Source: Chloroflexota bacterium (lineage in GTDB: Bacteria; Chloroflexota; UBA11872). Taken from it: a stretch of DNA of 39,250 bases. How positions within the stretch are numbered: position 1 is the stretch's first letter; each line of letters begins with the position of its first letter. A program made the position numbers and the translations under genes. Shown piece after piece: positions 1-8,067 of this stretch. The stretch is from NCBI GenBank assembly GCA_028875175.1, contig JAPPFO010000090.1, forward strand, positions 876 through 40,125, read 5' to 3'. The notes under the pieces are model-generated. The model was not told the DNA's origin, made no database searches, and was given only the letters and a program-made list of their open reading frames with translations.

Positions 1-46
1 TCTCCCCCCCCACTAACATCCCCACAACCCAAAAAAAACCCCCAAA

Positions 47-87
47 CCCCCCCCCCCCCCCCCCCCCCCCGTGGGGGGGGGGGGGGG
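47..87. repeat. Homopolymer block C24-GT-G15 within C/A-only low-complexity sequence at the window edge (probable read/assembly artefact)
   Basis: Read directly: C at 47-70, g-t at 71-72, G at 73-87. Bases 1-46 are almost only C and A. No ORF. Lies at the extreme 5' end. Confidence 0.85.
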
Positions 88-160
88 CCGAGAGAGGGTT
101 CCCCCCTTCATCCCCCAGGCGCCAATACGCTCACGGACCGCGCTTCGCGGGCCCGGCCGG

Positions 161-190
161 TTGACCGCAAGGGCAAGAACTGATCAATAT
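161..190 (+). promoter_or_regulatory. Candidate sigma70-like promoter upstream of the tandem oxidoreductase genes
   Basis: TTGACC at 161-166, 18-nt spacer, CAATAT at 185-190, about 33 nt upstream of ATG 223. Pattern match only. Confidence 0.2.
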
Positions 191-222
191 GACGGGCACC
201 AGAGGTGCGAAAGGCCGTGCGC

Positions 223-1359
223 ATGACCGCTGAGACGTTGAGGGCCGTGGTCGTGGGTTGCGGTGTGGGACGCAACCACGCCGACGCCTACGTGCATTCC
301 GACGCCGCCGAACTGGTGGCGCTCTGCGATATCGACGAAGTCGCCCTGAACCGGGTCGCCGACGCGAACGACGTCGAGGCCCGCTACACCGACTTCGAAA
401 CCATGCTGCGCGAGCAGCAGCCCGACCTGATCAACATCGCCACCGCCCAGCCGCTGCACGCCGAAATGACCATCCTGGCGGCCACGCAGTACACGCCCAA
501 GGGCATCCTCTGCGAGAAGGGCATGGCCAACAACATGGGCGAGGCGCGATCGATGATCGCCGCCTGCGACCGCAACGGCGTCAAGCTGGCCATCGGCCAC
601 GAGTCGCGCTACCTGACCCAGATCCAGGAAGCCCGCGAGCTGATCACCGGCGGCGCCATCGGCACGGTGCGCCTGGCGCACGGCTGGTACGAACAGGGCG
701 GCATGCTCAACCAGATGTGCCACGGCTGCGACCGCGCCCTCTTCATCCTCGGCGACCCCGCGCCGCAATGGGTGATGGGCAACATCCAGCGCAACTCCGA
801 CCGCTGGGAACGCAGTTGGCCCTGCGAGGAAATGGCGATCGGCATCGTCGGATTCGCCGACGGCTCCCGCCTGATCCTGGAAGGCGAAACCCCCGGCGGC
901 GCCCAGGTCGAACAGCACCGGCTGACCTTCGTCGGCGACGAAGGCACGCTCTACGTCCGCACCGAAGGCGAAGTCCGGCCACCGGGTACCGTGCCCGAGG
1001 ATCCAATTGGCCTTCGGATTCAGCGTGGCGACGGCAGTGTCGAGGAGATCGAGTTTCACAACGACCCCTACCTGGACGCCCGCCATCGCGAAATCGACGC
1101 CTTCGCCCGCTGGGCCGGCGGCGAACTGGACGGGCACTACCAGGACGCGCATTTCTGCGTGCAAACGCAGGAGATCCTGATGGCCATCTACGAGTCGGCC
1201 CGCACCCACGGCCTGGTGCAGCTGCCCATGAAGACCCAATCCTCGCCGCTGATCGAGATGATCAACAGCGGCGCGCTGCCGGTGAGCAACCCGGGCTGGC
1301 ACGACATCCGGCACGGCACCAAAATTGCGCCGGTGGATTACGGCGGAGGGAACTCGTGA
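223..1359 (+). CDS. Gfo/Idh/MocA-family NAD(P)-dependent oxidoreductase, tandem paralogue 1
   Basis: ORF track 205..1359. Rossmann start LRAVVVGCGVGRNH, LVALCDID, CEKGMA, GVKLAIGH, C-terminal ILMAIYESARTHGLVQLP. ATG 223 preferred over GTG 205 because it aligns with the N-termini of paralogues 2 and 3 and has AAAGG (210-214) 8 nt upstream. Confidence 0.9.
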   Translation: MTAETLRAVVVGCGVGRNHADAYVHSDAAELVALCDIDEVALNRVADANDVEARYTDFETMLREQQPDLINIATAQPLHAEMTILAATQYTPKGILCEKGMANNMGEARSMIAACDRNGVKLAIGHESRYLTQIQEARELITGGAIGTVRLAHGWYEQGGMLNQMCHGCDRALFILGDPAPQWVMGNIQRNSDRWERSWPCEEMAIGIVGFADGSRLILEGETPGGAQVEQHRLTFVGDEGTLYVRTEGEVRPPGTVPEDPIGLRIQRGDGSVEEIEFHNDPYLDARHREIDAFARWAGGELDGHYQDAHFCVQTQEILMAIYESARTHGLVQLPMKTQSSPLIEMINSGALPVSNPGWHDIRHGTKIAPVDYGGGNS

Positions 1360-2444
1360 GCGCCCAACCTCTCCGCGCCGTCATCGTCGGCGGCCACATC
1401 GGCCGCAGCCACGCCCAGGGTTACCTGGCCAGTGACCGAATCGACCTCGTCGCCGTCTGCGACATCGATCCCAACACGCTGGCAGAGTTCGGCGACGAGT
1501 TCGACGTCGAGAACCGCTACACCGACTTCGAGACCATGCTGCGCGAGGAGGAACCGGACCTCGTCAGCATCGGCACGCCGCAGCAACTCCACGCCTCGAT
1601 GACGATCCTGGCGGCAACCCGCTATTCGCCGCGCGCCATCGTTACCGAGAAACCCATGGCCAGCAGCACCGGCGAGGGCTACGCCATGCTGGCGGCCTGT
1701 GAGCGCAACGGCGTGAAGCTGGCCATCGGGCACCAGGGCCGCTGGATGCCGCGGCACGAGAAGGTCCGGCAACTGATCGCCGACGGCGCGATCGGCACGG
1801 TGCTCACCGGCTTTGCCGGGCCGCCCAAGCCGGACGCCGGCCTCATGAACATCGCCACTCACCAGTTGAATTACTGGCAGTACTTGCTGGGCGACCCCAC
1901 GCCGCTTTGGGTGCTGGCCAACGTGCAGCGCCAGACCGACCGCTACGAGCGCGGCTGGCCGGCCGAGGATCTGGCGGGACTGCTGGTGGAGTTCGAAGGC
2001 GGAATCCGCCTCTCAATGGAGAGCGACACGCCGCCGGAAGGCCTGGAGCGGGACCTGCGCGTGATCACCGGAACCGAAGGCGTGATTTGGCTGGCCGGCG
2101 GGACCGCCGGCAACGTCATCCGGCTCCTGCGCCACGGCGCCTCGGGCTGGGAAACCATCGAGGCAAGTGAAGCCGAATTCAGCGACGCACGCACGCTGGA
2201 GCTTGACGCGCTGGCAGCCTGGGCAACCGGCGAGCTCGACGAACACCGCGGCGACGCCAACCTGGCCATCCACACCCTCGAAATCCTGATGGGTATCTAC
2301 GAGTCGGCTCGGACGCACAGCCTGGTTCAACTGCCGCTGAAGACCAAGGGATCGCCGCTGACCGCCATGATCGACGCCGGCGATCTGCCGGTGCGCTATC
2401 CGGGGCACTACGACATCCGCCACAAGTCCGCCACGCCAGACTAG
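1356..2444 (+). CDS. Gfo/Idh/MocA-family oxidoreductase, tandem paralogue 2
   Basis: Last 363 codons of ORF 258..2444. GTG 1356 overlaps the upstream stop (GTGA). LRAVIVGGHIGRSH, LVAVCDID, TEKPMA, GVKLAIGH, ILMGIYESARTHSLVQLP. The upstream part of the ORF is Arg/Pro-rich off-frame shadow of paralogue 1. Confidence 0.9.
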   Translation: MSAQPLRAVIVGGHIGRSHAQGYLASDRIDLVAVCDIDPNTLAEFGDEFDVENRYTDFETMLREEEPDLVSIGTPQQLHASMTILAATRYSPRAIVTEKPMASSTGEGYAMLAACERNGVKLAIGHQGRWMPRHEKVRQLIADGAIGTVLTGFAGPPKPDAGLMNIATHQLNYWQYLLGDPTPLWVLANVQRQTDRYERGWPAEDLAGLLVEFEGGIRLSMESDTPPEGLERDLRVITGTEGVIWLAGGTAGNVIRLLRHGASGWETIEASEAEFSDARTLELDALAAWATGELDEHRGDANLAIHTLEILMGIYESARTHSLVQLPLKTKGSPLTAMIDAGDLPVRYPGHYDIRHKSATPD

Positions 2445-2455
2445 GGGCCGCTGAC

Positions 2456-3550
2456 ATGACGACATACCGCGCTGGAGTCATCGGACTGAATCTCGGCCAG
2501 TCGCACGTTCGCGGGTTCGACGAGGCCGACGGAGTCGAGGTCGCGGCGGTCTGCGACATTGACGAATCACGGCTCGAGGAGGTCGCCGACCAGTACGACG
2601 TGGCCGGTCGCTACACCGACGCCGCGGCCATGCTGGAGGCCGAGTCGCTGGACATCGTCAGCGTCACCACCCCGGCGGCGCTGCATCCCATGATGACCCT
2701 GCTGGCCGCGCGCTTCCCCGTGCAGGCGATCATCTCCGAGAAGCCGCTGGCCAACTCGATGGGCGAAGCCGACGCCATGCTGGCGACCTGCAACGCCGCC
2801 GGCATCAAGCTGCTCTGCGGCTACCAGGGCCGCCACATGCCCGCCTTCGAACGCGCCCGCGGGCTGATCGCCGACGGCGCTATCGGCAAGCCGCTTTCGG
2901 TGAAGGTCAACGTCGAAGAAGGCGGCCTGCTCAACCAGGGGTCGCACCTGATCGACCGCGCCCTGTATGTGCTGGGCGACCCTGAACCGCTGTGGGTACT
3001 TGGCCAGGTCCAGCGGGAAACGGACCGCTATGAGCGCGGCTACGTCTGCGAAGACCTCTGCTTCTGCATTGCCGCGGTTGAAGGCGGCGCGCGGATCATC
3101 TACGACAACGACATCGGCCCACACGGCGATCTGGGCAACAGGGCCTTCGTGATCACGGGCGACGACGGCGTTCTGATCGTGGAGCCGGAAGATCCGGCGA
3201 TTTCGATGTCGTTCGGAATCAAGCTCATTTCAGGAAGTCGCGGCGACCTGCACGAGCCCTGGGACGGCGTACCGCCAAACTTCATGCTGGAACAGGCCAA
3301 CGAGCTCGTGGCCTGGCTCAACGGCGACTCCGACGGCCACCGGCAGGACGCCCACCACGCCATCAAGTCGCAGTCGATCCTGATGGGACTCTACGAAAGC
3401 GCGCGCACCCACACGCTGGTCCAGGTACCCATTCAGACCAAGCTGGCGCCGCTGGAAGCCGCGATCAACGAAGGCTCGCTCAAGGTCCGCTACCCGGGCG
3501 CCTACGACATCCGCCGCCCCTACGTCTACGCCAAAGACCAGGTCAGCTAG
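2456..3550 (+). CDS. Gfo/Idh/MocA-family oxidoreductase, tandem paralogue 3
   Basis: ORF track 2456..3550. YRAGVIGLNLGQSH, VAAVCDID, SEKPLA, GIKLLCGYQGR, ILMGLYESARTHTLVQVP. AGGGG about 7 nt upstream of the ATG. Confidence 0.9.
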   Translation: MTTYRAGVIGLNLGQSHVRGFDEADGVEVAAVCDIDESRLEEVADQYDVAGRYTDAAAMLEAESLDIVSVTTPAALHPMMTLLAARFPVQAIISEKPLANSMGEADAMLATCNAAGIKLLCGYQGRHMPAFERARGLIADGAIGKPLSVKVNVEEGGLLNQGSHLIDRALYVLGDPEPLWVLGQVQRETDRYERGYVCEDLCFCIAAVEGGARIIYDNDIGPHGDLGNRAFVITGDDGVLIVEPEDPAISMSFGIKLISGSRGDLHEPWDGVPPNFMLEQANELVAWLNGDSDGHRQDAHHAIKSQSILMGLYESARTHTLVQVPIQTKLAPLEAAINEGSLKVRYPGAYDIRRPYVYAKDQVS

Positions 3551-4575
3551 GCGACTTCCTCCGCCACCCCGGTCTCGCCGCAGATGTCCAACAGGGTGTG
3601 ATGGACGGCCCGGTCGTGGGCGTAGCTGAAGCGGGGTTCGCGTTCGCCACGGATGCAGGCCACAAAGTGCTCAACGTCGTCCCGAAACGGCGCTTCGCGG
3701 CCGGTGCCGTAGACCTTCCAGCCGTCCGCCCCGGCGCCGGAACCGCCGCGGTGAATGGCCACGGCCGGCGCGCGGTCGCCGATGGACGCCCACGGGGAGA
3801 CGATGGCCTGGGCCTCGGAACCGTAGACCTCGAAGCTGCGCGGGCGAACCTGCTCGGTTTCCAGGTGGCTGGATTCCAGGGTGGCGATAGCGCTCGGGTA
3901 TTCCAGCACCACGGTGGCGTTGTCAATATATCCCGACTCGACAAAGCGGTCGCAGCGCAGGAACGAGTGGACCGTGGCGGGCGTCCCCAGCACGGCCATC
4001 GCCATGTCCAGCGCGTGCGAACCGAGGTTGTAGAAGATGCCGCCCTCGAAGTAACGGTCGCGTCCGAGATACGTGTCGGCCAAGGGACGATAGGGGCTGC
4101 ACATGTGCGAGCGCACCCGGTAGATGTCGCCGAAGTCGCCGCGATCCACCATGTCCAGCATGCGCCGGAAGTGCGGCGTCAGGCGGTTGTTGTAGCCCAT
4201 CTGAAAGAGCAGGCCGGACGACTCGGCAAGGCCGATCAGCTCGTCCACGTGGGCGTGGGTCCAGCCGCAGGCCTTTTCCATGAGCAGGTGTTTGCCGGCC
4301 TGTAGCGCGCGGCGGGCATACGAAGGGTTCTGACGCTCGGCGCCGCCGATCAGAATTCCCAGGACGGCTGGATCGTCGAGCAGCCGGCTGATGTCGTCGA
4401 CGTATGGCAAGCCCGCCGAGTTCGGCTCGGACTCCCTGGCCGCGCGAGCATCGGCGCAGGGTTCGTAGACGCCGGCAAGGTCGATGTCTTGCAGGTCGCG
4501 CAGCCAGCGCAGCTTGCCAGGCGCGTGCCCGTGTTGCGCGCCCAGCATTCCCAATCGCACGGGTTGCTTGCTCAT
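3547..4575 (-). CDS. Gfo/Idh/MocA-family oxidoreductase (paralogue 4), co-transcribed with the LanC-like gene
   Basis: ORF track 3547..4575. VRLGMLGAQHGH, LAGVYEP, LLMEKACG, LLFQMGYNNR. ATG 4575 overlaps the stop of the upstream LanC-like gene (ATGA). Its stop shares a CTAG with the convergent gene ending at 3550. Confidence 0.85.
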   Translation of the reverse strand: MSKQPVRLGMLGAQHGHAPGKLRWLRDLQDIDLAGVYEPCADARAARESEPNSAGLPYVDDISRLLDDPAVLGILIGGAERQNPSYARRALQAGKHLLMEKACGWTHAHVDELIGLAESSGLLFQMGYNNRLTPHFRRMLDMVDRGDFGDIYRVRSHMCSPYRPLADTYLGRDRYFEGGIFYNLGSHALDMAMAVLGTPATVHSFLRCDRFVESGYIDNATVVLEYPSAIATLESSHLETEQVRPRSFEVYGSEAQAIVSPWASIGDRAPAVAIHRGGSGAGADGWKVYGTGREAPFRDDVEHFVACIRGEREPRFSYAHDRAVHHTLLDICGETGVAEEVA

Positions 4576-5792
4576 GGGGTGCGCTCCGAAGCCTCAGGCG
4601 GACGAACCATCAGCGGCATCTGAACCTCCTCGGGACGGGCCAGGCGCAGAAAAAAGTGGCCCAACCCGGATGATCCCAGCATGAAGTCCGGGCTGTAGTT
4701 GCCCGGCTCGTCCCCGGGCCAGCGCACTTCGCCGTCACGCTCCTCGCGATAGGCCATGGCGGCGTCGCCGAAGTCCCGCGCGTGGGACACCCATGACTCG
4801 TCGCCACCCACCCGCGCGAGTTCGATGAACAATTCCGCGTTCCCGGCCAAGCCGTGGCACTGGCTGGGGTTGTTGCGGACATCGCCGGCGGCCAACGTCG
4901 CCTGGGCGCAGCGCTCGGCAAATCGGCGCAGGTCGTCGTCGTCGAAGGTCTCCGCCGCGCGTGCCGCGAACAGCCCGATCCCCGGCGCCCCGTGGCACCA
5001 CTGCACGCGCGGACGGTGCGGATCGCCCGGCCAGCGGTTCCAGAAGATGCCGCGCTCGTCTTCCAGCGCGACCGCCTCGATCCAATTCCAGGCGTCGTAC
5101 ACAAGGTTCTTGATGGCGTCGTCGCCCGTAAATCGCCAAAGCTCCGCCAGCGCATAGGCGATGCCGCTGGCTCCGTGGACGAACCCCGCACTAAACCGAA
5201 CCTGCCCTTCGCGGTGCCAGTCCCAGCGCGCTCCTTCGTCGTCGCATTCGACGGTGCGGGTTATGTGGTCACCGGCCTTCACCGCGGCATCCAGCACGCT
5301 CTGATCTGCTGCGACCTGATACAGGCGCAGCAGAAAGATCACACTGCCGGCCGATCCGCTCAGTACATGCGCGTCCGGCCAGGACGCGCGAGCCACTGCG
5401 CGGGCCCGCGCCTGCGCGTCCCGCAGCCAGCGTTCGCGTCCTGTCGCCTCAAACAGGTGCAGGCACATCTGGCCGTGGCCCGACATGCCGAAGTACATGC
5501 CCGCGTCGGCGGATGGATCCCTGAGTTCAGGCTTGGACTGGCCCTCCACCCACATCGCCGCCGCTTCGGCCACTTCGCGGGCCTTGGGATCGCTGGTGAC
5601 GCGGAACAGGTCGGCAAACAGAAATACCACGCCGGCCGTCCCGCCAAAGACGCCGGTGGAGTACTGCGGCTTGCCGGTATAGCTGCGAGTCTCCCAGCGC
5701 GCGCCGCCGACGGCGGGACGGGCCAGCGCCGCGATGCTGTCGGCCACGCTCTGGGCGGCCACAAGGAATCGATCCTCGTCAGGCATGGCCAT
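4572..5792 (-). CDS. Stand-alone LanC-like (lanthionine synthetase C-like fold) protein
   Basis: ORF track 4572..5849 (TTG at 5849). Repeated Gly-rich motifs GVFGGTAGV, GMSGHG, SGSAGS, GFVHGASGIAYAL, WCHGAPGIGLF, CHGLAGNAELF, GSSGLGHFF, giving the H / C / C-H pattern of LanC cyclases. Start uncertain: ATG 5792 or ATG 5786 (CAGGA 5 nt upstream) versus TTG 5849. Confidence 0.85.
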   Translation of the reverse strand: MAMPDEDRFLVAAQSVADSIAALARPAVGGARWETRSYTGKPQYSTGVFGGTAGVVFLFADLFRVTSDPKAREVAEAAAMWVEGQSKPELRDPSADAGMYFGMSGHGQMCLHLFEATGRERWLRDAQARARAVARASWPDAHVLSGSAGSVIFLLRLYQVAADQSVLDAAVKAGDHITRTVECDDEGARWDWHREGQVRFSAGFVHGASGIAYALAELWRFTGDDAIKNLVYDAWNWIEAVALEDERGIFWNRWPGDPHRPRVQWCHGAPGIGLFAARAAETFDDDDLRRFAERCAQATLAAGDVRNNPSQCHGLAGNAELFIELARVGGDESWVSHARDFGDAAMAYREERDGEVRWPGDEPGNYSPDFMLGSSGLGHFFLRLARPEEVQMPLMVRPPEASERTP

Positions 5793-5902
5793 CCTGCGGG
5801 TTGCACACACCCTCACGGTAGCCGATTTCGGGCGACGAACACGCGACAAGCCGCCGCCGGGCGCGTAGTCTCACCGGACGACGCGAGGGGCTCGAGACAC
5901 CA

Positions 5903-7285
5903 ATGCAAGACGTGAAGCTGCCCGACACACCAATCACGGAGGCCTACCCGGGCCTGAACAACCTGGTTGTCGATTTCAACCAGATGAAGACCTTCCTGGA
6001 CGACCCGCTGGTACTGGTGGAGGGCGACGGCGTGCGCATTCGCGACCACGCCGGGCAGTGGTACATCGACGGGCTATCCGGCGTGGCGGCGGTACAGCTG
6101 GGGCACCGAAACCAGGGCATCATTGAGGCGATGCGCGCGCAACTCGATCGCATCGCGCTGGCGCTACCGCTTTACGCGTCGACCGAGCCGGCGATCGAGC
6201 TGGCCAAGCGGCTGGCGGAGGTGACGCCTGAGCCGCTGATTCACGTCAAGTTCACCACCGGCGGCTCGGAAGCGAATGAGACTGCGTTCAAGATCGCCCG
6301 TCAGTACCACGCGCAAACCGGCAACCCGGGCAAATACAAGGTGATCTCGCGGTACAAGAGCTACCACGGCGCCACCATGGGCGCCCTGGCCGCCAGCGGC
6401 GGCGCCTCCCGCAAGCTGCCGTACGAGCCCTTTCCCACCGGTTTCGTGCACGTGCACCCGCCGGACTGCTACCGCTGCCCGTTTGGGATGACCTATCCCG
6501 ACTGCGGCGTGCGTTGCGCGGAAATCGTGGACGAGGTCATCGTGGGCGAGGGCCCGGAAACGGTGGCCGCTCTGATTGCGGACCCGGTTGTCATGTCAGC
6601 CGAGGGCCTGATCGCGCCTCCACCGGAGTACTTCAAGATCCTGCGCGAGATCTGCGACCGCCATAACGTGCTGCTGATCTTTGACGAGATCATCACGGGC
6701 TTCGGGCGGCTCGGGGAGTTGTTCGCGGCGGACGTCTACGAGACCTGCCCGGACATCATGTCGGTCGGCAAGGGCATCAGCGGCGGCTACGCGGCGCTGG
6801 CGGCGGTGATGATGACGGAGCGCGTAGCCGATGCGTTCTGGGGCGACCTGGCCGACGGGGTGCACTTCAACGCGGGACACACCTACTCCGGCAACCCGGT
6901 GGCCTGCGCGGCCGGATTGGAAGCCGTGCGCCAGATCGTCGATGGCGGCGCGCTGGACAACGGCCGCGAGCGCGGCAAACAGCTGCGCGCGGGTCTGGAC
7001 GAACTGGAATCCCGCTACGAACAGATCGGGCGCGTGGACGGCCACGGCATGTTGCAGGGCGTGGAGTTCGTCAGCGACCGGGCATCGCGCTCGGCGTATC
7101 CGGTTTCCAACCTCCTCTGCCGCGCGGTGGGCCAGACCGCCAAGCGAAATGGACTCATCGCGCGCATGGGCGACCACACCTATGTGCTCGCTCCTCCCCT
7201 GGTTTCAACCGAGGAAGAGATCGACGAGATGCTGGACATCCTGGACGCGTCGATCGCGGAGACCCTAGAAACCTTCGAGGAGTGA
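5903..7285 (+). CDS. Class-III (omega-type) PLP-dependent aminotransferase
   Basis: ORF track 5903..7285. GGSEANETAFKIAR, LIFDEIITGFGRLG, PLP-lysine context SVGKGISGGY. GAGGGG about 14 nt upstream of the ATG. Confidence 0.9.
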   Translation: MQDVKLPDTPITEAYPGLNNLVVDFNQMKTFLDDPLVLVEGDGVRIRDHAGQWYIDGLSGVAAVQLGHRNQGIIEAMRAQLDRIALALPLYASTEPAIELAKRLAEVTPEPLIHVKFTTGGSEANETAFKIARQYHAQTGNPGKYKVISRYKSYHGATMGALAASGGASRKLPYEPFPTGFVHVHPPDCYRCPFGMTYPDCGVRCAEIVDEVIVGEGPETVAALIADPVVMSAEGLIAPPPEYFKILREICDRHNVLLIFDEIITGFGRLGELFAADVYETCPDIMSVGKGISGGYAALAAVMMTERVADAFWGDLADGVHFNAGHTYSGNPVACAAGLEAVRQIVDGGALDNGRERGKQLRAGLDELESRYEQIGRVDGHGMLQGVEFVSDRASRSAYPVSNLLCRAVGQTAKRNGLIARMGDHTYVLAPPLVSTEEEIDEMLDILDASIAETLETFEE

Positions 7286-8022
7286 GCCAGGCGGCGTTTG
7301 ACGACCGTGTGGCCGCCTACGCGCAGTCACCGACCCATCGCGAAGGCCCGACCCTGGACCTTACGCGTGCGTTTGCCCGGGCGCACCCGGGCGACCTGGT
7401 GCTGGATGTGAGCACGGGCACCGGGTTTACCGCCCATGCCCTGGCCGCTACACCCACTCTCGTTGTGGCTGCGGATATCGCTCCCAACATGCTGCGGCAC
7501 ACGCGCGCAGCCGCGCCATGCGAGGTTCGCGTTGTCCAAACCGACACGCACACCCTGGCGTTCGCCGATCGGACTTTCGACGTGGTGACGTGCCGCCATG
7601 CGTTCCATCACTACCAGGACGGTCGCACCGCCCTGGGCGAAATGACGCGCGTGGTTCGGCCGGGCGGACGGGTAGTCATCACCGATACGATCTCGCCAGA
7701 CGACGCCCATGTCGCCGAGGCCATGCACGAAATCGAGTCGCTCCGCGACCCGTCGCACGTCTGCAACCGGTACGCGGGCCAAATCCTGGATCTCATGGCT
7801 GACGTCGGGCTCAGCATTGAACGCAACACGGGCACGCGCACCGCGCAGGATTTCGACGGCTGGTGCAGCCGAACCGGCGTTTCCGATGACCTTCGGCAGC
7901 AGCTCTGGCGGGCCTTTACCGAAGACACAAGGGTCCGCGCGGCGTTCGATGCCCGCGAGACCGGTGACGGCCGCCGGTTTAACTGGCCGGTCCTGGTCGC
8001 GGCGGGGGTGCGGCGCACCTAG
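7282..8022 (+). CDS. Class-I SAM-dependent methyltransferase (Methyltransf_11-like)
   Basis: ORF track 7282..8022. Motif I LVLDVSTGTGFTAHALA, then FDVVTCRHAFHHY and RVVRPGGRVVITD. GTG start overlaps the aminotransferase stop (GTGA). Confidence 0.85.
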   Translation: MSQAAFDDRVAAYAQSPTHREGPTLDLTRAFARAHPGDLVLDVSTGTGFTAHALAATPTLVVAADIAPNMLRHTRAAAPCEVRVVQTDTHTLAFADRTFDVVTCRHAFHHYQDGRTALGEMTRVVRPGGRVVITDTISPDDAHVAEAMHEIESLRDPSHVCNRYAGQILDLMADVGLSIERNTGTRTAQDFDGWCSRTGVSDDLRQQLWRAFTEDTRVRAAFDARETGDGRRFNWPVLVAAGVRRT

Positions 8023-8067
8023 GCTCGGATACGATGCGGCAGGAGCCGCGCTCCGGGGGATGACGAC

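Noticed and set aside
47-87. C-run/G-run as a biological hairpin, G-quadruplex/i-motif switch or phase-variation tract
   Set aside because: It sits at the very contig edge inside C/A-only sequence, which is typical of poly-G/poly-C read artefacts. It has no coding context that a length change could switch.
184-1314. 376-aa antisense ORF opposite oxidoreductase paralogue 1
   Set aside because: It is a shadow ORF. It has no recognisable motifs and a biased Ala/Gly/Val/Arg composition, while the sense strand carries a clear family signature.
258-1355. N-terminal 366 codons of the 728-aa plus-strand ORF 258..2444
   Set aside because: The translation is Arg/Pro/Gly/Ala-rich, as expected for off-frame reading of GC-rich coding DNA. 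It lies wholly inside the well-supported oxidoreductase gene 223..1359 in another frame. Real protein-like sequence begins at GTG 1356.
5793-5902. Divergent promoter elements between the LanC-like and aminotransferase genes
   Set aside because: A shared regulatory region is likely here, but I could not find convincing -35/-10 hexamers or an operator-like palindrome. No feature is reported.
4854-5915. 353-aa plus-strand ORF antisense to the LanC-like gene
   Set aside because: It has shadow-ORF composition (Arg/Ala/Gly/Pro-rich) and no motifs, and it would overlap the aminotransferase start. The opposite strand has the full LanC motif series.
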